A stretch of DNA of 64,000 nt from Carcharhinus longimanus (Eukaryota): the NCBI GenBank assembly GCA_030264375.1, contig JASCQW010000105.1:44533234-44597233 (forward strand), in the 5' to 3' direction. Each line of letters opens with the position of its first letter. Within the stretch, counting starts at the first letter, position 1. Under the pieces are notes generated by a model. The model was not told the origin of the DNA and searched no databases. It saw nothing but the letters and a program-made list of their open reading frames with translations. Shown in pieces: positions 1 to 10,535 of this stretch. Position numbers and translations under genes: made by a program.

Positions 1-941
1 TCCCAAAATAGCCATAATTGGCTACTTAAAGATCTCTGGCAGGTGGGAAGGCCTGCTGTGTTGCCATGGGCCCTCCCACCAGGGACATAATCCAGTGGAA
101 GCAGGTAGATGGCAGTACCCCCCCCCCCCCCCAAAAGCTTCCACCCACCACGCCACTAAACACGCCATGGAGCACAGTAGATGGTTCCACCTACAGTTTC
201 AAAAACTTGTCAAGCTTTCGAGGATCAATCATGGAAAATTAGATTGTGCCCATGTCCCAATTCATGATAATCTTATAAATAAATGATATAGTCCTGAAAT
301 GCAATAATCATAATCTCAACTGTCTGACTATCTCCTGCACCATTGTTCCCACCCACTCCCCTCCTTGTCCTCACTTTTCACCCTACCAGCCTTCACATTC
401 AAAGGATCATCATTTGCCATTTTTACAAACTCCAGCATGGTGCCACCACTAAACATATCCTCTACCCACTCCTCCATCTGCATTCTGCAGGGACTATTCT
501 GTCTGGGATACCCTGGTCCACTTCCTCCATCACATGGCACCTTTCCATGCAATTGTAGAAGGTGCAAAACCTACCCTTTTACCTCCGCCTTGCTCACCAT
601 CCAAAGGCCCAAGCATTCTTTTCAGCTGAAGCAATGTTTCATGTGCATCTCCTTTAATCTGGTCTATATCATTTGTTGCTGCCAACGTGGTCTACTTTCC
701 ATCGGAGAGACCAAACACAGACCGGATGACCGCTTTGCAGAACACACTCTCCAACTGGACACTGACCTTCCTGTCTCTTGCCAATTCAAGATGTCCATCC
801 TTGTCGTCATATATTCATCCTTGGTGTATTGCAATGTTTCGGTGAAGCCCAACACAGACTGGAGGAACAATACCTGAACTTCCAATAAGGCATTTTACAG
901 CCTTCTGGACTAAAAATGCTAACTGCATTTTACAGCCTGCT

Positions 942-1285
942 GGGTGGCATGGTAGCAGAGTGGTTAGCACTGCTGCTTCACAGTGCCAGGGACCTGGGTT
1001 CAATTGCTGCCTTGGATCACTGTCTATGTGGAGTTTGCACATTCTCCTCATGTCTGTGGGTTTCCTCCGGGTGGTCCAGTTTCCTCCCACAGTCCAAAGA
1101 TGTGCGTATTAGGTTGATTGGCCATGCTAAAATTGCCCCTTAGTATCCTGAGATGTGTAGGTTAGAGGGATTTGCAGGTAAATATGTAGGGAAATGGGGT
1201 AGGGCCTGGGTGGGATTGTGGTCGGTGCAGACTTGATGGGCCAAATGGCCTCTTTCCGCACTGTAGCATTTCTATGATTCTATGA
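942..1285 (+). mobile_element. HE1-type V-SINE (tRNA head, V-domain, HER1/CR1 tail)
   Basis: Head GGGTGGCATGGTAGCAGAGTGGTTAGCAC (A box) and GGTTCAATT (B box). V-domain gtggagtttgcacattctcc...ggtttcctcc. Tail ggcctctttccgcactgtag...ttctatgattctatga. Confidence 0.93.
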
Positions 1286-1608
1286 AAGTTGAGTTCAACA
1301 ACTACAGAGCACATACTCTCTCCTGTAGGCTGTTTTCACAGTAAATTCATTGCAATGTTAATGTAAGCCTACTTGTGATGTTACTGCCATTCCATTTTAT
1401 TTATTTCATTTTTCCTTTTTTAAATTATTTTCAATTTTAAAATCTTCCATCATTTCATTTGACACTTCTTAAAAAGCTCACTTTCTATCTTGTTTCCCCA
1501 CCCACCCTACTCTGGCCATTTGTCACTTGTCGGGTTGTCCTTTGACATGCTGCCTTTTGTTCTGCCGTTAACACAATCTCTTAATGAGCTGCTGTCAACA
1601 TCCTTCTT

Positions 1609-1757
1609 TAAGTCCAACTGATTTATTTGATAGTACACTCACTAGTTTTCAACCCCGAAAGCTAGTGAGTGTACTATCAAATAAATCAGTTGGACTTAAA
1701 CCTGGTGTTGTCAGACTTTTTGTGTTTACCCCAGTCCAACGCCGGCATATCCACATC
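1609..1757 (+). mobile_element. Short Penelope-derived fold-back insertion with 11-bp TSD
   Basis: Inverted arms 1607-1650 and 1657-1700 match at 43/44. The 3' end is ccccagtccaacgccggcatatccacatc. ACATCCTTCTT is duplicated at 1598-1608 and 1758-1768. Confidence 0.85.
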
Positions 1758-2019
1758 ACATCCTTCTTCACCATGATCACAACTCTTTCCATTCCCTTTG
1801 TCCTTTTGTCAATGACACATTTGTCACTTGCATCCCATCCACCCCCCCCACCCCCCTCCCAATCCCTAGAGTATAAATCTTGTCCTATTTTCTTTGTCCT
1901 CAGCTTTCATAAAGGGTCATCCAGACTCGAATGTTAGCTCTGTTACCTCTCGAGAGGTGCTGTCAGAACTGCTGAGACTTTCCAGCACTTTTTTTTGTTT
2001 TTCTCTCCATACCTATTTT

Positions 2020-2765
2020 GTCAGTCCCTCTTATCATATTGTAAACCTCAATTACATCTCCTTTCATTCTTCTAAACTCCAGGGAGTGTGGGCCTAAACT
2101 GCTCAATCTCTCTTCAAACAGACAAACCCCTCGGCCAGGATTTTATTACCCCCATCTGCCACAGGAATCGGAACGGGCGACAGTGGGAGGGTCGTTGACC
2201 TCGGACAGGATTTTACAGTTTTGGGACAAGGGAGGCTGTAAAATCCTACCCCTCATCTCTGGAATCAATCCAGTGAATCTCCTCTGAACTACATCCCTCA
2301 TCAAGTAATGGGAGCAAAACTGTACACAATAATCTAAGTGCAATCTCGCTAATGCTTTGTATGGTAGCAACAACACTTCACTATTTTTATATTCTATTCC
2401 TTTAGCAATAAATTCCAAAATTCCATTTGCCTTCCTTATTACCTGCTGTCCTTGCATACTAGTTTCGTGATTCATGCACGAGGACCCCTTCTGTACCAAA
2501 ACACTCAAGTTTTTCTCTCTTTAGATAATTTGTCTTTGCATTTTTCCAGCCAAAGTGGATAAACCTCTCACCTGTCTATGTTAAAACTCCATCAGCCAAA
2601 TTTTGCTCCATTCACTTGACATATCCATATCCATTTGTAAATTTTTAATTTCATTATCGCAACATACTATCTCACCTATTTTAGTATCACCTGCAAATTT
2701 GGCTATGGTACCTAGTATCCCTATAGTACCCAAGCACTGAACCCTGTTTCACCCCACTAGTTATA
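2020..2765 (-). mobile_element. CR1/HER1 LINE, 3' part of RT ORF, decayed
   Basis: ORF 2146-2508 reads QQVIRKANGILEFIAKGIEYKNSEVLLLPYKALARLHLDYCVQF, the CR1 ORF2 C-terminal signature. A KFAGDTK motif lies near 2690. Confidence 0.9.
2133..2251. mobile_element. ~120-bp PIF/Harbinger-type MITE inserted in the CR1
   Basis: Termini GGCCAGGATTTTA / TAAAATCCTACCC, with a 3-bp TSD CTC at 2130-2132 and 2252-2254. Removing it restores the CR1 sequence aaacccctc|atctctggaatc. Confidence 0.8.
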
Positions 2766-5700
2766 TATAACCTTCACAACTATAATACACCGAAGTGTTA
2801 AATGGCTGCATACCTTTAAATCCCAGCAACTGCTCTCTCAGGGTTGCCAACATGTTGTACATTCATGTACTCCAGTTTCAGCAAGCCTTAAATGTGAGGC
2901 CTAATCCACAAACTCATCTTGAATATTAAATGAAGATGCAGCAAGTCTCCCATTTCCATAATGTGAGCGTACAAACACTCACCCTTGCATTCATCCCACA
3001 GCCTCAATAAGCAGAAAATGTACTCGTATGTGGCGCCTTTGTTCCAAATTATTTTCTGGAAAGTTTAACTAATATTAATGAACCTGTCAAGTAAGGAATA
3101 TTAAAATTGTTTATTTGGAATGGAGAATTATTTGTTTATAAACCAAAGTTGATGAGAATCTATGTTGCAATTGTTTTTGTTAGAGATGAAGAAGGAAATA
3201 AAGTGGTTTATTCAAGAACTTTAAATATTATTGACGAGGGATTGGATTGTTTCATTTTTAAGAGTAAGATTTGTATGGGAAAAATGATGAAATGATCATG
3301 GTCCAATTCTACAGATGTATCGGACACATACCAGAAATAAACTTTTAGACGTACCAATATTCTGGAATGGTAACCATACGTCATGCCAAAAAAAAGTACA
3401 TTGTATCTGGCTCCTCTGTAAGAAACTACAGGCTGTCACATCCAGACTGCAAGGCATCATATTCATAAGCTGGAGGATCCCTTTCAAATGTTCAGAGGAA
3501 TTGCTCAGAGGTGCAAACTTTCCCAGGGTAATTGCCCTGTGCAGAGAACAATCCAAAAATGATATTTAAATCTCAAACTTCAGATGGTTCAGGATAGTTT
3601 ATAAATAGTTACCCACAAAAAGTTAGAAGGATTAAAACCAATTCTAATTTCTGGACAGTTATGTCAGTCTCCCCCAAATCCACCCTGTTCCCCCTCCTCT
3701 TCTCCCACCACCACCACCCTTCAGAACTCTCCCTACCCTCAGGAGACGACAATGTCCAACAGGAACTCTCAATCCTTTGCACTTTCCATATCTCAACTTA
3801 AATACTTGCTTACTTGAACTCTTCGCCTCCCCCAACCACCTTCATCGGCCAAGATCAATTCTCACAAACCCCTCGGTTCAACTCCCGCCCCCCCAAAAGG
3901 TCCAACCTGACCTGACCTGACTGCACACCACCCCCAACCACCACCACCTCTCAGAATCCACATCCCCAAATCCCACTCACTTACGTTCTCCCTGACCTGT
4001 TAAGGACTTTTGAACTTGGCTGGACCTTTAAATGTCCTTGGTTAATGGCAGCTGGTGACATAGAAAAGGAGGCATGGCCTCTTTGCCTTCGACAGTTATA
4101 CATGATGCTTGGCCCTTGGGACATGCTGCACAGCCCAGATCTCATCAGGCCTGAATTGGAAGGTTGGACCAGGCAGGATGGAAAAATAATTCCAGTTGAG
4201 AAAAGTAGGAGCGGAGTGGCAATTTGACAGATTTCCATTCCAAGGAAGCTCTGGCCTGATATTTATCACCTCCTCCATACCAAATATGCTATAGTATTCT
4301 AATAAAATTGCATTAGAAGCCAGTATTTTTAAAAGGATGTTGTGAATGACAAATTCTATCTGGTTATCATTATCCAGGTCCTGCGTAATCAATACAGCAT
4401 AATATCCCAATGGGTAGCCGCTTGCCAGACTAATCGTACTAATATAGCTTATTATTGATCAAACTAAATGGCCAAACTAATTAAAGTACAGATATATGAA
4501 ACATAATAAAATTTTATAGTGACAGATTAAAGGATCTCAGCAATTTACTGCCTGTCATTTTTTCCCCAGGTTTTACTTACTCTTGCAGGCCTTCTCAAGT
4601 CGGAAATAGTTTTTTTCTAACATTTCTGTTGTGATTGGTTGCCTAGTGTTGCAGTTCCTGTTAAATACCATTTATGTAATCTATCTCTCTACCACCTCTT
4701 GCGCTGAGGTTTGCTGAAAAAATAATTAATCGTCACATGCTTTGCTGTTGAACAAATTCCCCTTAGATTTAATTCTGCATAAAATATGTACGCAGTCTAA
4801 TTTCAGTGATCTCATTCTTGATACATTAGCAAACAGGGAGTTAGTAGTGAGCACATTGCTATACACCTTTTTAGTTGGAGACATTTAAGCCCTGAAGGAC
4901 TATTAAAATGCTGTATAAGGCCATGGAGCGCTTGATTCCATCATTTGATGTCAGGAAGACTCTTTTTGCAATAATTAGCATACTGCCTCAAAACATTTGG
5001 ATTGCAGAGGTTCCTGCGTCACTTCTGGCAAAGAAACTTTATTTCAACCACACAAGAATACTACCTGCTGCATCAGCTATTCTCTTTAATGGTGTAAAAG
5101 TAACCGTATGAGCAAGGCGATATCATTGGTGCCTTGGGATGTTTCATGAGGCAGCTTGCAGTGATTGCAAAACATAGCTTTTTAAAAAAATATAAAATAT
5201 AAATTTTTTCCCCTCCTTCCCTTCCTCTCCTCTTCTGCTGACTCCTTGCTTGCATATGGCACATAAACATCATTTGCATCCTTCACTCTAGTCACTATTA
5301 TTTGACTGACCATTGACAAGGAAAGTGGGCAGGTTGTTCAACAAAGGGGAATAGAGGGGTCTCAAAAACAAATCTAACAAGCGAAGAGGGCACTAGTAGG
5401 ACATGTTTTTATGCCACACTGCGTTAACATGATTACAATTATGTAGCCCTTCCTTGAAGTGTTTCCCTGCCTGTTTGATGCTCTGTAACTACTAAGCTGA
5501 ATAAATACTTTTTATAAAGAGTTTCCTTCTTGCTAAGGAGGCTTTACGTCAATCCATGTCCAACAACCATCTCTGAAAACTCTGCTCATGTTTTGAAAGC
5601 TGTGACAAATTCTACCAGAGACTGAGATAAACCTTACCATTCTAAAATTATCAATGAAAACCATTCAACAAAAATGTAGAGGGGCGGGCAGCTTCCCCTA

Positions 5701-5959
5701 AGGACTTTCAGGTGGGGTGTGTGTGTGTCCGTGTCTGCATCCACGTGTGCACGTGTGTCTGTGGCCATGTCCCAATCTCAGCATTTCCAGCCCCGCTCTG
5801 CCAGTGTGAGCCATGCTTGCAGTATTGTTATGCTCAAAGTGCTGCACAAGTGCATCTGGCCTGTTTTCTCACCTCAGCCTCTGTTTTTCTCACTCTGTGC
5901 AAACAAGGGAAAATTCTGCCTGTTATGTGTGGCCAAACCGACTAAAGGGGTGACAACAT

Positions 5960-6195
5960 TACTTCTACCCATCTTCCCTGAGTGGAAGTAATTATCAGGG
6001 CCCACTGTATAGTAATGATTGGCAATTTTGGCTGAGTTTCCCCTCCTTAACCCAAGGGCCCTGGGACCAAAACTAAAATCTCTGTCACTCTTGCTTATGA
6101 TACCAATTTAGCATACACTGTGTGGATCATGTCTGGAAACTTCTTGGTTTATATGGTTCTGCTATTGACTAGGTAAATTCATTGAGTACATCAAA
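5960..6195 (-). mobile_element. Old tRNA-derived SINE remnant (family uncertain)
   Basis: The minus strand reads like a decayed tRNA head (tactcaatgaatttacc...agaaccatataaaccaagaagtttccagacatgatcc), followed by gggttaaggaggggaaactcagcc. Confidence 0.4.
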
Positions 6196-7101
6196 GATGG
6201 TGCTGACAGCTCAGTCTGGTCCTGATCACTTTGCAAACGTGGGTAGGATGTAAGTACTTTAAATCAAAAAACTCTTCAAAAAATGTAGCATGTGCACTGA
6301 GAATTCTCACAATCTTGTAATTGCACAAAATTACAGGGTAGGGGTTCTACTTCTGGTACAATCCGTGTTTTGGCTGAAAACTGCATCCATTTTGAGAATT
6401 AGTTTTTCTTAATTTATTGCTAGAAATTTGAATATCATCTGACAGGAAATCTGTCGTGAGCCAGCACAGTCACAGTTTTAGAGCATAGGTTTACAAATAT
6501 TACTTGATATATTGAAGAGTGGTAACCTGTGAAGCTTTAATTAATACAGTTGAAAATGGGTTTAATCACAAAAAACATTTTGAATAGCCCTTAATTCACC
6601 ACCTATCACTAATATATTTTAAGTTGTACAAAATTTTTTTTTAAAAAAAAAATTCGCACCTATTTTCCAGTTAGATTGGGACAGAGTATTTGGATACATG
6701 GGCTAGAATTTTCCAGCTGTGCTGCATGGCAGGGCTGGAAAATGCACCATGCCAACCAAAACTCCATTGACTTTGGCGAGACCAGAAAATCCTGCCAGCA
6801 TCGAGGACATTAAAATCCTGTTCATTGAAATATTTCTTCAATTCACATCATACAAAATGTACACAGTTGGCAGGATTTTCCGAGTTTTAGGCAGAGCAGC
6901 ACAACAGGTGGGAAAAAGCAGTGTGGAAACCAATGGTGAGTTGGACTGGACCTTTTCCTGCCATGGGTAAAATAGAGGTGGAGTGTGGAATGGGACAATT
7001 AGGTGGCTTCCTCAAAGGGCCTTGAGCGTCAATAGGGCACCTGATACCTCCACTTCAGTCCGTAAAATAGGAGACAGGTCAGAATGGCATTGAAGGAGGT
7101 G

Positions 7102-7290
7102 ATGATGTGGAGGTGCCAGCATTGGACTGGGGTAAACACAGTAAGAAATCTCTCAACACCAGGTTAAAGTCCAACCAGTTTATTTGATAGTAATTCCACA
7201 AGCTTTCAGAAACGATGTATCGTTTCCGAAAGCTTGTGGCATTACTATCAAAAACTGGTTGGACATTAACCTGGTGTTGTGAGATTTCTT
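7102..7290 (-). mobile_element. Short Penelope-derived fold-back insertion with 13-bp TSD
   Basis: Inverted arms ~7143-7216 and 7219-7290. The family 3' end reads on the minus strand (gatgtggaggtgccagcattggactgggg on +). ATTGAAGGAGGTG is duplicated at 7089-7101 and 7291-7303. Confidence 0.87.
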
Positions 7291-8648
7291 ATTGAAGGAG
7301 GTGGGCAGACCACACGCTGCATTTTATGAGCTCCCACCTTCCAATACGCTGGTGAAGAGCCAAATGATCCAGCTCCTTTCCATACACCAGAATTCCCACA
7401 TTGTTTAGGGGTAGGTGCATATTACATTAGTCTGCAGATGGACAGGCAGATTGATATGTCAATTAAAATCATTGCATCCAATGTCAAGTTTTCCAGGATC
7501 AGCACTCAATGCTGACTATAGGAGACCCTTGACATTTCTTGACATGGATATTCCATAGCCTACATTTTCCAAATGCAGAAGATCACACAGCAATTGATTC
7601 AATCCAGATCTGACAAGGTTTAAAATAGCACTTTTTTTTAAAACAGCGCAATGGGCAGCCTTGTGCTGTGTCAAGGCATAGCAATGTTGTTCCACTTGGA
7701 AAGTGGAATGGTCCAACCTCATCCACACACTCTACTGGATTTTCATGCTTCCATCTGTCAGACAGATGGGATATCAAATGGTGGATGGAATATCTGTCCC
7801 ATTTTCATCATATGGGATTGATTGCCACTGGGATAACAGTGCAGGAATTAATCCTACCCTTGTTTGTTCCATTGAAGGCATGAGAATTTTAGGCCATGCA
7901 GTCAAGCATTTTATCAGGAAACATGATTTGTAACAACTCAGGAGTTGTGCGCTATGGGGCAATCCAGGTCTGAAATTGGGATCCTCTTGACAATTAAGTT
8001 GAAAAGCTGTTGACAATTTCAGATGTCATAATGTAATGGTGTATGCTAAATTAAATGTGTTTTTATTTATGATTAATGATATGGCTTTGTTCAGAATTAT
8101 AATTGACCATTAAATTGAATAGCATTATGAAAGTATTCAGGTGCATTAGAGTATTGTGTCTGCTTGATAAAATGCTCTTTTGCGTTTAAGTATTAAGATT
8201 AAAATTTTAATAGATCAATTCCCTCAGTGATTTAATATTTTATTGACAGTCCAGTCATTTGCTTAGCCTTTTGAAGCAACAGAGTAGATAACAATCTGCT
8301 TCACTGCTTCAAAATGTTTTAATGTATTTGGCTCTGGCGGTTTTGATGTCCTTTGGATTCTAATTATGAATGTTTGGCATAGTTCCAAACTTTACTAATG
8401 GATTCAGCTCAGCATGGCTTGTTGATGCAGTTGATTGGGCAACTTGAATATTGACCCAGTGTAAAAGATGGAGAAAATGCAAAACAAGTAATTTGGAGTA
8501 TAACAAAATTACGTTGAAAATTATTTAATATTTCATACTGGTTTGTTTGCACTGAAACCCATGCACTAATCCAGTGGAAAAAAGCAAAAACTCCAAGGCT
8601 GGTATTGCTTCCCCTCCTGACCTCCATATATGTGGGAGCCTTGGCTAT

Positions 8649-8784
8649 CAGTGGGATTTTCTGCTTACACCAGAATCTGAAATTTTGAGTTACTTGCCCA
8701 CCCCATCCCAGGGAACCCTAGCAAGGGTCAATTTCAATGGAACTGGCAGATTCCACCAGTGAGAGAGGCTGGAAAATCCCACTC
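8649..8784. mobile_element. Harbinger-type MITE
   Basis: Inverted termini agtgggattttc / gaaaatcccact, about 135 bp apart. Confidence 0.6.
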
Positions 8785-9344
8785 TCTGCTATATAAAGGA
8801 TAGCCCAGATTAAGAGGCTTCAAGTGCAAAACATAAATTTTGGCAATGAAATAATCTATTTTTGTGAAATTGAAATCACCTTTTGCTCCATGAAATTTGC
8901 AATATCCAATCTTTCAAGGTAAGTTTAAATAATTTGGCACAAGGAGAGATTCTGCATGATTTTGATTTGAATTAACAGATTATTTAAATTAAGCAACTTT
9001 GAATTAAGAGTAGACTTGTAATTTGTTAATTTTATATGATGTGTGAAGAAACTAATGTTCCAAATCACTCTGAAGGGAGTTTCAGGCAGGAGGGTGGTCT
9101 CACTTATTTCTTTTTACAACATTTCTTAAATAAATGAATTATTAATGCTTTATTGTTTTCTGATAATGTAAGATTTAAGCCATTATTGCAAAATATAAAC
9201 TGCTTTAATTTACAATTTCAGAATGACTAAGAAGAAGAAATGGTCAGTAAACAAGGGTAGCTTCCCATATTATACATTATATTGGATGTGGAGATTTTGT
9301 TTATGTTCAAGACATCAACAGTCTGAACTCATCAACTTTTTTCA

Positions 9345-9497
9345 ATTTATTATTGTTACATATGTTGGTGTATATAGTACAAAGTATTGTTTCTTCGGCC
9401 CTATATAGACAAAGCATAGGATATTTAGGGGAGAAGGAAAGAAAGGGGTGCAGAATATAGTGTAACAATCATAGATTGAGTTTAGGGAAAGATAAAT
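9345..9497 (-). mobile_element. Rex1/Babar LINE 3' UTR fragment
   Basis: tttattattgttacatatg...aaagtattgtttctt matches the tail of the Rex1-like copy at 45095-45250. Confidence 0.7.
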
Positions 9498-9955
9498 ATG
9501 GTCATCGCTGGCAAGGCCAATTTTTGTTGCCCATCCCTAATTGCGCTTAAAGTAAATACAGTAAAGTCTCAATACCAGGTTACAGTACAACAGGTTTATT
9601 TGGAATCACGAGCTTTCAGAGCTCTGCTCCTTCATTCAGGGGTGTGTGTGTGTTTGGGGGGGCGGGGGGGAGATGCAGGTGGGGCACTCGCCTGATGAAG
9701 GAGCAGCATTTTGAAAGCTCTTGATTCCAAATAAACCTGTTGGACTTTTAATCTGGTGTTCTGAGATTTCTTACTAGTCCAATACCAGCATCTTCACATC
9801 TAAAACTAAATAGCTTGCTTGGCCATTTCAGAGAGCAGTTCAAAGTCAACGATATGGCTATGGATCTGAAGTGACATGTAGGCAGATCAGGTAAAGATGG
9901 CAGATTGCCATTAACATTGAGCAATGCAATTACTACAATGCCACCATCTCCTCCC
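9498..9955 (-). mobile_element. Meta-domain-type tRNA SINE with Crack-like LINE tail, interrupted by a Penelope-derived insert
   Basis: gcccatccctaattg tail, plus gcttgcttggccatttcagagagcagttcaaagtcaac...gacatgtaggcagatcaggtaaagatggcagatt, the reverse complement of the central domain at 61200-61290. Confidence 0.7.
9559..9800 (+). mobile_element. Penelope-derived inverted-end insertion with degenerate hammerhead motifs
   Basis: The arm at 9559-9640 is the inverse of the arm at 9690-9776. The + arm has CTGATGA (9692-9698), AGGAGCAGCATTTT, GAAA (9713-9716), then GCTC. Confidence 0.8.
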
Positions 9956-10141
9956 ACCACTCATTTCATAAATATCAATGAATACCAGCAGAAAAGAAGT
10001 GTACCGTAATCAATCAATGATTTAGACATTCATGAAAATAGATGATAGTGTTTTTCTCATTGTAAATAATAAAATTGTATTGTTTCATATTTTCAGTTCT
10101 CAATGACATGTTTTTAGTCATTATAAATTTATCCTTTTCAG

Positions 10142-10230
10142 ATTCTGCAGATGAAAGTAAACCTTCCGAAAGTGCCCAAAACGAAGAGGTTAAAGATGAT
10201 GAAAAGAAGGCCACTGAGGAAAATGCCTGA
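10142..10230 (+). CDS. GAP43: GAP43 (neuromodulin) terminal coding exon; upstream exons lie outside the window
   Basis: Acceptor atccttttcag| at 10141, phase 1. Encodes (D)SADESKPSESAQNEEVKDDEKKATEENA*, which aligns with the recalled tetrapod GAP43 C-terminus [28 protein letters not shown]. The downstream UTR matches mammalian GAP43 blocks. Confidence 0.93.
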
Positions 10231-10535
10231 AGATGTAAGGTCCCCAGCCCCAGCTATTCTCTCCCCTTTGATGTGTGGACCATTCCCCATATGGCTAAAG
10301 GCGGGAAAGTTTTCCAGTCAAACCGTGTGGCTTAATTTAAATGTTCTTGGTGTTGTTCTGGCAGTTTGATGACCATCATTTGGAATTCTTGCACTGTACA
10401 AAATTTCTCTGGCTCTCTGTTTCACTGTATGCAATGTTATTTTAAGAAGTAAAAATGTAAGTGAAAATGGTATCCTTTAAATGTGATGGGAATGAATATA
10501 CATTTGTTTTGAGAATAAAGCAACGTGCCAATTAT
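10231..10535 (+). other. GAP43: GAP43 proximal 3' UTR
   Basis: Blocks cagtcaaaccgtgtggcttaa, ttcttggtgttgttctggca, ggaattcttgcactgta, aatgtgatgggaatgaa and aataaagcaacgtgccaatta are colinear with the mammalian GAP43 3' UTR as I recall it. Confidence 0.85.
10514..10519 (+). terminator. Canonical polyadenylation signal AATAAA of GAP43
   Basis: AATAAA in the conserved context AATAAAGCAAcGTGCCAATTA, with GU-rich sequence downstream. Confidence 0.85.

Larger units (their letters stand above)
325..2002 (+). mobile_element. Decayed Penelope-like element: GIY-YIG endonuclease region plus 3' tail, interrupted by younger insertions
   Basis: ORF 365-877 contains GTFPCNCRRCKTYPFT...FMCISFNLVYIICCCQRGLLSIGETKHRPDDRFAEH, matching the Penelope Cys-rich linker and the VY..CGLLYIGET GIY-YIG motif. 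The tail at ~1900-2002 (aagggtcatccagactcgaatgttagctc...ctgctgagactttccagcactttt) is a typical PLE 3' end with a degenerate hammerhead. Confidence 0.85.

Noticed and set aside
942-1015. tRNA-like A and B boxes here and in other SINE heads
   Set aside because: They continue into V-domains and LINE tails, so they are SINEs rather than tRNA genes.
10151-10369. Listed ORF MKVNLPKVPK... (72 aa)
   Set aside because: Wrong frame over the GAP43 exon and UTR. The frame ending at 10230 matches GAP43.
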